64,000 bases of DNA from positions 127,652 through 191,651 of the forward strand of contig CAZFHY010000002.1 in assembly GCA_964519305.1 (NCBI GenBank). The letters are read 5' to 3'. Below, in pieces: positions 45,859 through 55,460 of this stretch. Below the pieces are notes generated by a model. It was not told the DNA's origin, searched no databases, and saw nothing but the letters and a program-made list of their open reading frames with translations. The stretch's first letter is position 1. Every line of letters starts with the position of its first letter. The position numbers and the translations under genes were made by a program. This DNA is from Candidatus Undinarchaeota archaeon. GTDB lineage: Archaea > SpSt-1190 > JASMDC01.

Positions 45859-48084
45859 TTAACACCATCGGTCACGGATAGTGTCATCCACGATATCACA
45901 GGCAGCGAGGTCACCTACAACGGTCGCCCTGCACCACGCACGCGCTTCACCAGCGAGGCCGTCACATAGACCGTCATCACCGACGTTCTCAGCAAGCTCT
46001 AGGAGACACGCGTACTTGGTCGAGTTTGTATCGATGTCTGCACAAGGGCTAGCGTCCTGACGGATCAGGGCACAATGATATAGGCAGAGGTCTCGGGCCC
46101 AGTCAACAGAGTTGATCGAACACGGTTCCGTGCAGTCAGGCGTGGAAATGGCCATGCACCAGTCCAGTTCCACGACACTCGTGATGTGGTCACAGATTGT
46201 CTGATCTTCAATGGTGCGGGCTACGAGTGAAAGACACCGTAGACGAGGAAGGCTGGATTCAATATCATGGCAGAGCTCGGCGTTGCGGGTTCGAATGGCG
46301 AACCTGGCGGTACATGTTCCACGCAGGAGAACGTTCGAGATTTCCTTACACGGGAACACGCTCTCGGATGCAGCGGCCACGCGTGCGTAGCAATTATCCC
46401 GAAGTGCTTGTGGGCTGATGTCCTTACACAAGGAGTCATCCTGATTACCAATGGCAAGTTCGTGGAGGCATCGAGCACGCACCATGGGCAGTTCAACGGA
46501 CTCACAGTCGTTGGGGCCGACAGACCTACTTGTCGAGAGGGCACATTCTGTTATGCACCAAGAGCGCATCCATGATAACGGTAGGTCTTCCGAGAGGCAG
46601 CGCTCACATGTACCCGAAGCCACGGCTTGACACCACGTACGCTGGGCACCCTCGGGAAGGGAGTCGCATACGGCCGGCTCAGCGGCGTTTTGGGCGACCT
46701 TGCGTACACACAACGCCCACTCATCAGGAGAAGTAGCTTTAGCACATACTTCCGTGTCGATCAGACGTCCTGCAAGGTCAATCGTACAAATCTCAGAGAC
46801 GTTCGCAGCAATGATGTCCGAAGGGCAGGCAGTGACGTTCGCTCCGGTCCGCACACCAGCTACCACGCACTGTTCTCTTAGCGTGAGGGGATAGTGATCG
46901 GTCATAGGTCCGCATAGGTTCAGAGGCGCGATATCAGGGAGCGCCTGTGACACACATACATCATGAACAGGGCCCGCTTGAAGGATGTCACATAACATGG
47001 GATTCCCTACCGCCGCAGCAACGGCTTGGATGCAGGGTCCTCGCTCTGCTTCCCCTAGGTGTTCCATGCACACGCTGGTATCCCACGATGCCACAGCCAC
47101 ATGGTAGATGCATGCTTCTTTAATCGACTGATCGGCCATAGTCTCGCATATCTCCATAGAGGGGGAGAACGGTACGATCGAGGAAAGGCACAGGTCCTTG
47201 GAGGTAGCATCTTGGATATTGGCGCAGACAGTAGTGTCCCATCCCCTAGCACCGATACCCAGGTAACAATCATCGCTGATAGCAGGATCCGTGACAAGGG
47301 AACAGAGAGATAGATCCGCTGTAGCGACCGCGATGGGGGATAGACAGGTGTCCTTGATCCCATCGTTAACGATAGAGTCACACAGAGAGGGATCGTTCAG
47401 CTCAATAGCGATGGCGCGATAGCAGCCGTCACGTTCACCCTCCATAGAGATATTCAAACACAGGGTCACATCAGATAAGGTGCGGGCTACTGAGGCGATG
47501 CACGTGCCCTTAGATCCTACCGTGGCGATCTGTTCGCAATAGGTACTATTTCCAGATAGTTCCGCAAGCGAGGAGAAGCAGTCGTCCCGCAGTCCGCCTG
47601 CGTCCAGCGCGGCGCACAGACCCTCGGTCCGCAGCTCGGGGAATCTGGCGATACACGCGTTCCGGGCGCCCGCGTCCTCGATCCACCGGCATCCGTCAGC
47701 ATCATCGATAGCTGAGGCCAGGTCCCTGTAGCAGGTACGCCGTAGTGGCTGGGCGTCGGTGTCTGTACGGATTCGTGCGCATAGCGTTATGTCGCCCTTC
47801 TCCTTCGCGGTCGCAACCATACACTTGTCACGGGAAAGGTGGACCACGCATCGTTCGCATACGCTCACGTCACCGAACGTGGGCACTGTAGCGATGTAGC
47901 AAGCATCGCGGAGCGTGGCGTCGGTGATGGCCGCGCACAGGCCAGGATCGTTATTGTTCATAGCCTTGTTCTTGATGTCCTGCGCATCGTCCACTGACTG
48001 CCCCCCGATGCATCCTGCCAGGAGCAGTGCGATAATGAGCAGCGCCGGGAGCGTACCGTCGCGGAGAGCATTCTTCCTTCCCAT
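45859..48084 (-). CDS. Lipoprotein made of ~26-aa Cys-pair helical repeats
   Basis: Lipobox LLLAGC; roughly 25 repeats of D..LC..I.....RD.CY..IA; ATG 48084. Confidence 0.82.
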   Translation of the reverse strand: MGRKNALRDGTLPALLIIALLLAGCIGGQSVDDAQDIKNKAMNNNDPGLCAAITDATLRDACYIATVPTFGDVSVCERCVVHLSRDKCMVATAKEKGDITLCARIRTDTDAQPLRRTCYRDLASAIDDADGCRWIEDAGARNACIARFPELRTEGLCAALDAGGLRDDCFSSLAELSGNSTYCEQIATVGSKGTCIASVARTLSDVTLCLNISMEGERDGCYRAIAIELNDPSLCDSIVNDGIKDTCLSPIAVATADLSLCSLVTDPAISDDCYLGIGARGWDTTVCANIQDATSKDLCLSSIVPFSPSMEICETMADQSIKEACIYHVAVASWDTSVCMEHLGEAERGPCIQAVAAAVGNPMLCDILQAGPVHDVCVSQALPDIAPLNLCGPMTDHYPLTLREQCVVAGVRTGANVTACPSDIIAANVSEICTIDLAGRLIDTEVCAKATSPDEWALCVRKVAQNAAEPAVCDSLPEGAQRTWCQAVASGTCERCLSEDLPLSWMRSWCITECALSTSRSVGPNDCESVELPMVRARCLHELAIGNQDDSLCKDISPQALRDNCYARVAAASESVFPCKEISNVLLRGTCTARFAIRTRNAELCHDIESSLPRLRCLSLVARTIEDQTICDHITSVVELDWCMAISTPDCTEPCSINSVDWARDLCLYHCALIRQDASPCADIDTNSTKYACLLELAENVGDDGLCDGLAGEARAWCRATVVGDLAACDIVDDTIRDRWC

Positions 48085-48183
48085 GTAGCGGGAACGAACA
48101 CCGCTAACCTTGATAAAACCTTGGTCGCGGGTCCGGTGTACGAACCCTATATAAGGTTGGGTGGAGAAGAAGGGACAGATCCC

Positions 48184-48342
48184 ATGGAGAAGCTGAAGCG
48201 GAGCTTGTTCTCTTGTGAGGGCTGCGAGGAGCGGGGACCGAAGAACGATAAAAGCAAGCGGGACCACGAGCAGACTGGATGCGATTCCTGTCGGCCACGC
48301 CTCGATCTATCGAAGCTCGGTCCGTCCGAAGAGAAAGAATGA
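48184..48342 (+). CDS. Putative 52-aa zinc-finger microprotein (CEGC...CDSC)
   Basis: Two CxxC motifs; TATATAA at 48148-48154; fills an otherwise empty gap. Confidence 0.5.
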   Translation: MEKLKRSLFSCEGCEERGPKNDKSKRDHEQTGCDSCRPRLDLSKLGPSEEKE

Positions 48343-48357
48343 TCACATCGGGCACAG

Positions 48358-49074
48358 CTACATGAGCCCGCCTGTGAGCTCAGATCCGAAGTCGAACCGG
48401 TAGCCTATATCTCCCTCGAAAGCCTCCTCCTCATCGAGACTCACCAGTTCGGTCGGATTGAGTTCGTCCGCGACGTCTGATGGATCGTTGGTCACGACGT
48501 CCACATAATCCTCGTCAGTATCCTCGACCTGTACATCCGGCGTGTCTTCTTTTCGCCCTGTCCGCGCTTTCTTACCCTTCTTCTGGTCCGGGGCGCGGCG
48601 GCGCTGATCGAACCGGGCGACCTTTTCGCGTACGAACGCTACCATATCGCACTCGCTGAGAGTGAAGCAGCGCTCCCCGTCGGACCCGTGGAGACACACA
48701 CGCAAGATCCCCAGGTTGGAGAGGTCCCGTGTGACCCGTGTGATCTGGGACCGGGTGGAGAAGCTGGCGTGCTCGAAGATCTCAGCAGCGGTGAGGTTCT
48801 CATTGCCGTTGCGTACAAGTGTGGCGATGACCTTCTGCTCGTTGCGCGAAAGGCGGTTCCAGAGGAACTCCATGAGGCGGTGGGCCTGCTCGTCACGTCG
48901 AGCCAGCTCGCGTGCGTGGACCTCAGCCTCACGGCGGGCTTTTTCGGCAGTCTCTCGGAGACGGTTCTCTCTCTTGCGCTGTACAGAGATTAGCTCGGTA
49001 CGGTCGGCACGCAGGGCGTCGAGCTCTGCGAACACATCGGGTGCAAGGAAGAAGGCCAGCCGTCGCAGCACCAT
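48358..49074 (-). CDS. Coiled-coil + winged-HTH protein with an acidic tail
   Basis: Charged heptads; LSRNEQKVIATL...LTAAEI...RSQITRVTRDLSNLGIL; TTTAAAAA lies ~26 nt upstream. Confidence 0.7.
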   Translation of the reverse strand: MVLRRLAFFLAPDVFAELDALRADRTELISVQRKRENRLRETAEKARREAEVHARELARRDEQAHRLMEFLWNRLSRNEQKVIATLVRNGNENLTAAEIFEHASFSTRSQITRVTRDLSNLGILRVCLHGSDGERCFTLSECDMVAFVREKVARFDQRRRAPDQKKGKKARTGRKEDTPDVQVEDTDEDYVDVVTNDPSDVADELNPTELVSLDEEEAFEGDIGYRFDFGSELTGGLM

Positions 49075-49167
49075 GCATTCTGAGTTGGCCCTTTCATCAT
49101 TTTTAAAGCTCTCAGGGGGCGGGATTCGAACGTAACTTGGATAAACATTGCCTGCAGTACAACGCCC

Positions 49168-50703
49168 GTGGGTGAGGAGGCAGAGACATTCGCTCGTGGT
49201 GAAGGGGACTTCGCTTCTGCTAAGTACCCTGAGGCGGCTGAGGCGTTCACTTCCGTTGCTGATGAGCGGCCCGACATGGCTGCTGCCTGGGTGAACAAGG
49301 GTGCGGCCCTCCTCAAGACAGGTGATGTCGAGGGGGCCCAGAAAGCACTAGAGAAGGGGCTGGAGCTCGATCAGAAGTCGTTCGAGGCCCTTTTAGATCT
49401 CGGCATAGTCTACAACCTTCGTGGCGAGTTCGCCCGTGCACGGGAGCTTCTACAGCAGGCAACGGCTCTCTCTCCCGAGGATCCCGATCCCTGGCTCGCA
49501 CTGGGGGCCAGTGCCATCATGCTCAAGGACCTCGGGCTGGCAGAGAGCAGCCTGCGCCGCGCTCTTGGGATGCGCGACGATCCGAAGGTATGGATGCGCC
49601 TCGCTTCAGTGTGCAAGCGTAAGGGGAACGCCAAGGAAACTGCCACATGCCTGACGAAGGTGCTTGCGGCCGAGCCCAAGAACACGATGGCCCTCAAGCG
49701 TCTTGGGCTGCTGGCAGCGCGATCCGGGAAGATGGAGAAAGCGGCCGAGTGCTTCTCCAAGCTCGTGGAACTGGAGCCCGAGGACGTGGACGGCTGGACC
49801 AACGGCGGACGTGCCCTGATGCAGCTGAAACGGACCGAGGAGGCCACGGTGTTCCTCACACGTTCACTCGAACTGCGACCCGAGCACGTTGCCTCGAGGA
49901 CCATTCTGGCCCGCGGGCTTATAGAGATGGAACGGTACGCCGAGGCCATCCCACACCTGGAGATAGCCGCTCAGGTCGATCCACAGAACACGGAAGTGGT
50001 CGGTGCGCTCGCCGATGCTTTCGAGCATATGGGTGATAATGCCCGGGCCATCGAGTGGCTCGGCAGGTTGTTGGCACTCAAGCCCGAGGATGCAGCGATC
50101 ATCTCCCGTATGGCGAAGGCCTACCACAGTCTGGGGCGCATTGACGAGGCCGTGCACTACTATGGACGTGCCGTGACAGCCCGTCCGGGGGACCTGAAGT
50201 CGCGAGAAGCACTAGCGGACATCGCCCTGGGACGACAGGACCAGATGACCGCAGCAGGTCATCTCAAATCCCTCCTGTCAGATGATCCTAAGCGTCCGGA
50301 CCGCTGGCGCCAGCTCGTGGCATGCTACCGGACACTTGGGGAACTGGAGAAGGCCGCTGATGCCCTTGACCAGCTCGTGGGGCTCGACGGACAGGACGCT
50401 GACTCTTGGGCCCAGCTCGCGGAGTTGCGCACGACACGACAGGAATGGGCCAAGGCCGCCAAGGCACTGGAGCGGCTCGCCGATGTAAGACCGTCCCCTG
50501 CCACGACCGCGGAACTGGGGCGGGCGCTCGCGAAGGCCGGGAACGATGAAAGGGCCTTCGAAGTACTCATCCATGCAACCAGCGGCGGAGCCAAGGACCC
50601 GCTCGCATGGCGTGCTCTTGGCGACCTCTACAAAAAGCGGGGGGACCACGACAAGGCGATGGAGTGCTTCGTCAAGGTGGTCGAACTGGACCCCGGCGCC
50701 TAG
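49168..50703 (+). CDS. Tetratricopeptide-repeat protein
   Basis: Continuous 34-aa W..LG...A...F.KA..L.P repeats. Confidence 0.92.
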   Translation: MGEEAETFARGEGDFASAKYPEAAEAFTSVADERPDMAAAWVNKGAALLKTGDVEGAQKALEKGLELDQKSFEALLDLGIVYNLRGEFARARELLQQATALSPEDPDPWLALGASAIMLKDLGLAESSLRRALGMRDDPKVWMRLASVCKRKGNAKETATCLTKVLAAEPKNTMALKRLGLLAARSGKMEKAAECFSKLVELEPEDVDGWTNGGRALMQLKRTEEATVFLTRSLELRPEHVASRTILARGLIEMERYAEAIPHLEIAAQVDPQNTEVVGALADAFEHMGDNARAIEWLGRLLALKPEDAAIISRMAKAYHSLGRIDEAVHYYGRAVTARPGDLKSREALADIALGRQDQMTAAGHLKSLLSDDPKRPDRWRQLVACYRTLGELEKAADALDQLVGLDGQDADSWAQLAELRTTRQEWAKAAKALERLADVRPSPATTAELGRALAKAGNDERAFEVLIHATSGGAKDPLAWRALGDLYKKRGDHDKAMECFVKVVELDPGA

Positions 50704-50772
50704 ATAGCTATCCTTTCCGTGATGACTGCTCACGCTGGAGATAATCCTACGTCCCGGAGATGATGGACCGCC

Positions 50773-51633
50773 TCAGATGGTGATATCGATGACTTCGATA
50801 TCCTCGTCCCTGAGGATACCTTCCACCCTGTCCTTATGCCAGAGGTGCATGACCACAATCATGTCAGCGTCCTCGTGGCGCTTCTTTAGCGTGGCCAGCT
50901 CCTTGTCGATGGACTCGGCCATCTTCTCCTCACGCTTCTTGTCGAACTTGTGGAGCACGGAGAACACGCGCTTATCATGTTCGCTGTGGAAGCGCTCGCT
51001 GAACCAGGCATAGAAGTTGTGGAAGAACCTCTCGTACTTGACACCCCAGTGACAGACACGGCAGTGGGGCGGGTGGTGGAACGGATTGTCGGCCGGCTCG
51101 TGGCCGATGACGATCTCGAACCAGTGGAACGGTTTATGGATGAGCTCGGCGAATCCCATCACATGGGATGGTACCTTCTTGGTGACCATTATGTCCTTAC
51201 CCTTGGTGATGAGATGCTCCTTGTGGTCCTGCTCGAGAGCCGTTAGCTCTTCAGCGACCTCTTCCTCGATCTCGTGGAGCGGTACGTCGATGGCAAGGAT
51301 ATCCGCGCCGACCTCCTTGGCGGCCTTGAGGATGTAGAAGAATGAACCGTCCGGTTCGAAGTCTTCTAGCTCCTCGGCATCGATCTCGTTCTCAAGGAAC
51401 TTTTGGACGAGCTTCTCGTCAAGATCGATTTCTTTCCCAACAAAGTCAAGGATGAACTCCTTGAGCTTCGCGTCCTTGAGCTTGCCCGCCTTGTATTTGT
51501 CGAGCTTCTCTTGGAACGGATCGCGGGGGAGCTCAAGTGCAACAGCCTTGGGCTTCTTGTCCATAATGTACCTCGCGGTCCATATTGCGTGGGGAGTATC
51601 ATATCTGCGTTGGCCTATGACGACGACGGTCAT
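50773..51633 (-). CDS. TraB/ChaN (TIKI/EreA fold)-like protein with a His/Cys-rich insertion
   Basis: VVVIG, I...KPKAVALELP, AAKEVGADILAIDVP, KREEKMA..I and IVVM...H...V motifs. Confidence 0.7.
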   Translation of the reverse strand: MTVVVIGQRRYDTPHAIWTARYIMDKKPKAVALELPRDPFQEKLDKYKAGKLKDAKLKEFILDFVGKEIDLDEKLVQKFLENEIDAEELEDFEPDGSFFYILKAAKEVGADILAIDVPLHEIEEEVAEELTALEQDHKEHLITKGKDIMVTKKVPSHVMGFAELIHKPFHWFEIVIGHEPADNPFHHPPHCRVCHWGVKYERFFHNFYAWFSERFHSEHDKRVFSVLHKFDKKREEKMAESIDKELATLKKRHEDADMIVVMHLWHKDRVEGILRDEDIEVIDITI

Positions 51634-51694
51634 GTAGTCACCGTGCTGTGCTGTGACTCGAAGCTTTAAAAACTTTTAGCGAACTTTCCGTCAT

Positions 51695-52903
51695 ATGCGC
51701 GAGGCGCCGTGGGTGGAAAAACACCGTCCACGCCGTCTCAAAGACGTTCTCGGGAATCCTTCTGTCGTCAAACGGATGGAAGGATGGTTGCTCAACTGGA
51801 AGGCAGAACGCCACAAGGCGCTGCTCATCCATGGCGCTGCAGGGTGTGGGAAGACCACTGCCGCTCATGCCTTGGCGGAGGAATTTGACCGGGAAGTGGT
51901 GGAGCTCAACGCTTCCGACTTCCGACGTAAGGTGGATATCAACGATATAATGGGTAATGCCGCCACCCAGCAAAGCCTCTTCCAGCGTGAGCGGATCCTC
52001 CTGCTCGATGAGGTCGATGGGATACATGGAACGGCCGACCGGGGCGGCCTCCCTTCGGTGCTCAAGATCATACGGGCCACAGCGTACCCCGTGATCCTCA
52101 CAGCGAACGATATCTATCAGCCCAAGCTCAGGGCGCTAAGAAACCTGTGCGAGGTCGTCCCGTTCCGCAAGCCCACGGTCGTTGCGGTGAAGAAGGCCCT
52201 ATGTCGCGTGGCCGAATCCGAGGGGAAGGATGTCGAGGATCACCTCCTCACCGACATCGCCAGCCGTTCTGGGGGCGATATCCGTGCCGCCATCAACGAC
52301 CTACAGACAGCTCTCGCAGGAGGTATCCCTCTCGCGGACATCGAGGCGCTTGGGGACCGGGACCAGACACGGTCGCTCACGGAGGCCGTGCGCATCGTGC
52401 TCAAGACACGGAACATCCAGCATGCACTCGAAGCGACAGACAATCTCACAGAGGACCCGGACACGGTGTTCACCTGGATAGCGCATAATGTCGCGCTCGA
52501 GTACGATGATCCTGAGGACTTGGCCCGGGCAATGGACAGGCTCTCTCGTGCCGACGTGTTCCGCGGACGGATTTTCCGGTCACAGAACTGGCGCTACCTC
52601 GTTTACATGCGAGACCTCATGACCGCCGGTGTTGCCCTAGCGAAACGCGACAAGTACCGCAAGTTCGTCAAGTACGGTTATCCCCAGCGCATCATACGGA
52701 TGGGGCGGAGCAAGGAGCTGCGTGCCACACGGGACGAGATAGCTGAGAAGGTGGCTCGGCGGTGCCATACATCGCGTCGTGTCGTCATCGACGAGTATCT
52801 CCCCGTCCTGGTCCGTGTCCTTCCCCGCTCACCTGAGCTCGCAGAAGGACTAGGGCTCACTGATTCGGACGTGACGTTCCTCGCGGAGTTCTTAGATCGC
52901 TAA
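51695..52903 (+). CDS. rfcL: Replication factor C large subunit
   Basis: PWVEKHRP, G..GCGKTT, ELNASD.R, LLDEVDG, GDIRAAINDLQ and LSRADVF.GRI motifs. Confidence 0.95.
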   Translation: MREAPWVEKHRPRRLKDVLGNPSVVKRMEGWLLNWKAERHKALLIHGAAGCGKTTAAHALAEEFDREVVELNASDFRRKVDINDIMGNAATQQSLFQRERILLLDEVDGIHGTADRGGLPSVLKIIRATAYPVILTANDIYQPKLRALRNLCEVVPFRKPTVVAVKKALCRVAESEGKDVEDHLLTDIASRSGGDIRAAINDLQTALAGGIPLADIEALGDRDQTRSLTEAVRIVLKTRNIQHALEATDNLTEDPDTVFTWIAHNVALEYDDPEDLARAMDRLSRADVFRGRIFRSQNWRYLVYMRDLMTAGVALAKRDKYRKFVKYGYPQRIIRMGRSKELRATRDEIAEKVARRCHTSRRVVIDEYLPVLVRVLPRSPELAEGLGLTDSDVTFLAEFLDR

Positions 52904-53649
52904 CCGGACGTACCGGGATCAGTCTCATTACCTGTCACGTTCACGGGCGATGTGTCCCCTGACTGTCCTGTGACGTTAGGAGGTAACGGCGTCGATGTAG
53001 AGTTGTCGACATCGGTGACGTTCACGTCTGGTAAGGGCGGTGCGTCGATAGCATTGTCGTCGGTCACGTTCATGTCCATGGTGACGTTATTGTCTAAAGG
53101 CACGACCTTCTCGCCCGGTGGAGGGCGCGGTGTGGCACCGGCATCACGCTCGCATCGCTGGCGGAGGGCGTAGGTGGCCAGAGAGGCGCACATGACGGGA
53201 TCTTGGGCGGCGCGTGCACGGCACCGGACTTGCCAGTCCTCACTGGTCATCCGGTCGCATACCTCCGCGCCGGATATCACGGCATCATAGAGGCAACGGT
53301 CGCGCATCCCAGCGGACGTACCATCACAAATGGAAGGATCACCTACAGCCTGGGCCCTGGCGATGAAACACTCGTCCCGCTCAGCTCCCCGGGAGCGGTC
53401 CATGCACGGTGCTGTGACTCCGCCGTCCCTCAAGAAACCGATATAGAGGAGCGATCCAAGCACTATGACCGTGAAGGCCAGTGCCCACAGGGGATAACGA
53501 GTAGTCTCCGGCTCGGGGGACGGTGTCCAGTGACCGGTCTGTTGCCAGGATTCATTGTACCCTTCCTGGTAAGTGTGCTCTTCCTGCGGGTCCGCGACGG
53601 GTTGCTCGTGTCCGGCAACCTCGGTACCCTCCCAGGAGCCCTGGTCCAC
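52900..53649 (-). CDS. Membrane-anchored protein with Cys-pair repeats and an NVT-rich tail
   Basis: Acidic N-terminus, one TM helix, RDECF..A...DPSIC...RDRC repeats and repeated N-glycosylation sequons. Confidence 0.72.
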   Translation of the reverse strand: MDQGSWEGTEVAGHEQPVADPQEEHTYQEGYNESWQQTGHWTPSPEPETTRYPLWALAFTVIVLGSLLYIGFLRDGGVTAPCMDRSRGAERDECFIARAQAVGDPSICDGTSAGMRDRCLYDAVISGAEVCDRMTSEDWQVRCRARAAQDPVMCASLATYALRQRCERDAGATPRPPPGEKVVPLDNNVTMDMNVTDDNAIDAPPLPDVNVTDVDNSTSTPLPPNVTGQSGDTSPVNVTGNETDPGTSG

Positions 53650-53704
53650 GATACTTGGGGGACGGACTAGCCTTATAAAGATAGAGGGGTCCTCCGCACC
53701 GCCG

Positions 53705-54550
53705 ATGACCGACCACTATCATACGGTGCTCCCTGCCGGCTATGTCGTTATCAAGGCAAAGGCGGACGGACGACGGACTCTCAGCTTCCGATATCGCGGG
53801 ATGGCCCAGTTCGTAAAGCGCCTGTTCATCGCGCTCGCGCGGCTCGAGAGCTCATACAATGTGCGGCTCCGTGACTCGCTCTCCCTCGTTCTCGAGTCGA
53901 GGAACGTACCCTCTCGGGACATACCGCGCACTGTGTTCGGTATCAAACCATCATTGGTGGCCATCGGTGTGGACGAGGAGGTGCGCGATATTTCCGCCGG
54001 ATTCGAGGTGGGTGAGTTCACCGACACCGCTCTTCTCGTGACCAACATCGCCCGGGCCCTGCGCCAGGCGACCAAGGTGACCGCGGAACAGATGCGCAAG
54101 TTCACCCGCAAACACTATGCGCCGATCGTGCGGGGGAACATCAACTATAGGCTGAGCGTCCAGGCCGGGCTCCTAGATGCGCTGGAGACCACGGGGAACG
54201 AGCTCATGGCCGCGACGATGGAGGCCTGTCGGGGACCGGGCCGTACTCTCGATGAGCTGGCTGTGGAGCTGTCCGCCCCACGCGACGATGTGGTACGTGC
54301 CGTGCTCACTATGGAGAAGTGCGGGCTCTTGGACCGGCTCGGGCGCGAGGGTGGGGGATGCTACCGGACCCCGACGGAGGAAGGGACCGAAAGCCCTGTT
54401 GACAGCAAGGACGAGTCCGAAACGAAAGCGGGGACATCCAAGATGGCATCGGACGAGCGGAATGGGTCCGGCCACGAGAATTCCGACGATGTCGGTAAGG
54501 GACCCAAAGCGTACGGTATGAACCGTGCTGATGACGAGGACCGCTCCTAG
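53705..54550 (+). CDS. Hypothetical protein with a winged HTH and acidic tail
   Basis: GRTLDELAVELSAPRDDVVRAVLTMEKCGLL; TTATAAA lies ~26 nt upstream of ATG 53705. Confidence 0.65.
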   Translation: MTDHYHTVLPAGYVVIKAKADGRRTLSFRYRGMAQFVKRLFIALARLESSYNVRLRDSLSLVLESRNVPSRDIPRTVFGIKPSLVAIGVDEEVRDISAGFEVGEFTDTALLVTNIARALRQATKVTAEQMRKFTRKHYAPIVRGNINYRLSVQAGLLDALETTGNELMAATMEACRGPGRTLDELAVELSAPRDDVVRAVLTMEKCGLLDRLGREGGGCYRTPTEEGTESPVDSKDESETKAGTSKMASDERNGSGHENSDDVGKGPKAYGMNRADDEDRS

Positions 54551-54963
54551 ATCATCCCGTCCTGAACGAAGTGGGCGATCTGTTTCTTGAACTTCTCGAA
54601 CCCGCCCAGAGTGTTGATGATACCGTCCTTGAACTCACGATAGTCGATACAGGCCATGTCGAAGTCGGTGTCGAAAGCAAGGGTGTCGCCGTGGAGGGAC
54701 GCCTTCATGAGGTTCATCTGGCCTGAAAGCTCCAACAGGCGCTGGTAGAGCATCTCACGTCGTTCCGTCGAGATCTGGTTGACGTTCCCAAGGATGAGAG
54801 AGACGCGCATGAACTTCTCACCGGGGATGATGATCATCTTTGGCTTGAGGTCGATGAGGATGACCTCCGGGTTGTCCGGGGGTGTCGAATGGGGGAGCCC
54901 GATCTTCTCGATCCACTGCTCGACCACCTTTCGGTCCACAACAGCGGGTTCGTCTCCTACCAT
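54547..54963 (-). CDS. YbjN/type III chaperone-fold protein 2
   Basis: VEQWIEKIG, RE.LYQRLLELS.QMNLMK and D..EFKDG motifs; paralogue of the adjacent gene. Confidence 0.7.
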   Translation of the reverse strand: MVGDEPAVVDRKVVEQWIEKIGLPHSTPPDNPEVILIDLKPKMIIIPGEKFMRVSLILGNVNQISTERREMLYQRLLELSGQMNLMKASLHGDTLAFDTDFDMACIDYREFKDGIINTLGGFEKFKKQIAHFVQDGMI

Positions 54964-54969
54964 GTCATC

Positions 54970-55398
54970 TCACCCGTACATGGCGTCTGCCATGTCGTCC
55001 GACTCCTGGCCCTCGATGAGCCGTTTGTACTCGTCGTGCGCTACTGCGAGCGCCTTGAACCCGTCCTTGAACTCGTCGAAGCTCAACGAGTCGAGATCGA
55101 AGTCGATCTTGATACCGATGGTCCGGAACATGATGACGAACTTCATCAGGTTCCACTCAGCATTGGTCTCAAGGAGTTGTTTGAAGAACCGCTCGCGAGA
55201 AGGTACATCGATCTTGGCCAGTGGTTTGAGAAGCGTCATGATATGGGAGTACCGCATCTCGTTGGAGAAGTAGACGATGATGCGGGGTTTGATATCGATG
55301 ACCAGGCCGTTGTAGTCCTTGAGCTCGGGATCGACGAAGTAACGGAAACCCATCCGCTTGATCCATTCCTCGATCTCGACCGGTGTGATGCGGTCCAT
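54970..55398 (-). CDS. YbjN/type III chaperone-fold protein 1
   Basis: IEEWIKRMG, RERFFKQLLETNAEWNLMKF and LDSLSFDEFKDG motifs. Confidence 0.72.
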   Translation of the reverse strand: MDRITPVEIEEWIKRMGFRYFVDPELKDYNGLVIDIKPRIIVYFSNEMRYSHIMTLLKPLAKIDVPSRERFFKQLLETNAEWNLMKFVIMFRTIGIKIDFDLDSLSFDEFKDGFKALAVAHDEYKRLIEGQESDDMADAMYG

Positions 55399-55460
55399 CT
55401 ACTACTCCACCCTCCCCTCGGGTGCGAGTTTTTATATACTTTTATTCGACCCCTGCCGGC

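Noticed and set aside
49090-49167. Intact tRNA gene
   Set aside because: Only a T-loop/3' fragment is present, and no cloverleaf can be built.
50704-50772. C/D box sRNA (GTGATGA present)
   Set aside because: No correctly placed CTGA D or D' boxes on the same strand.
51695-52903. Inteins in RFC, HerA or other ATPases
   Set aside because: Lengths are normal and no intein splice-junction motifs interrupt the P-loops.
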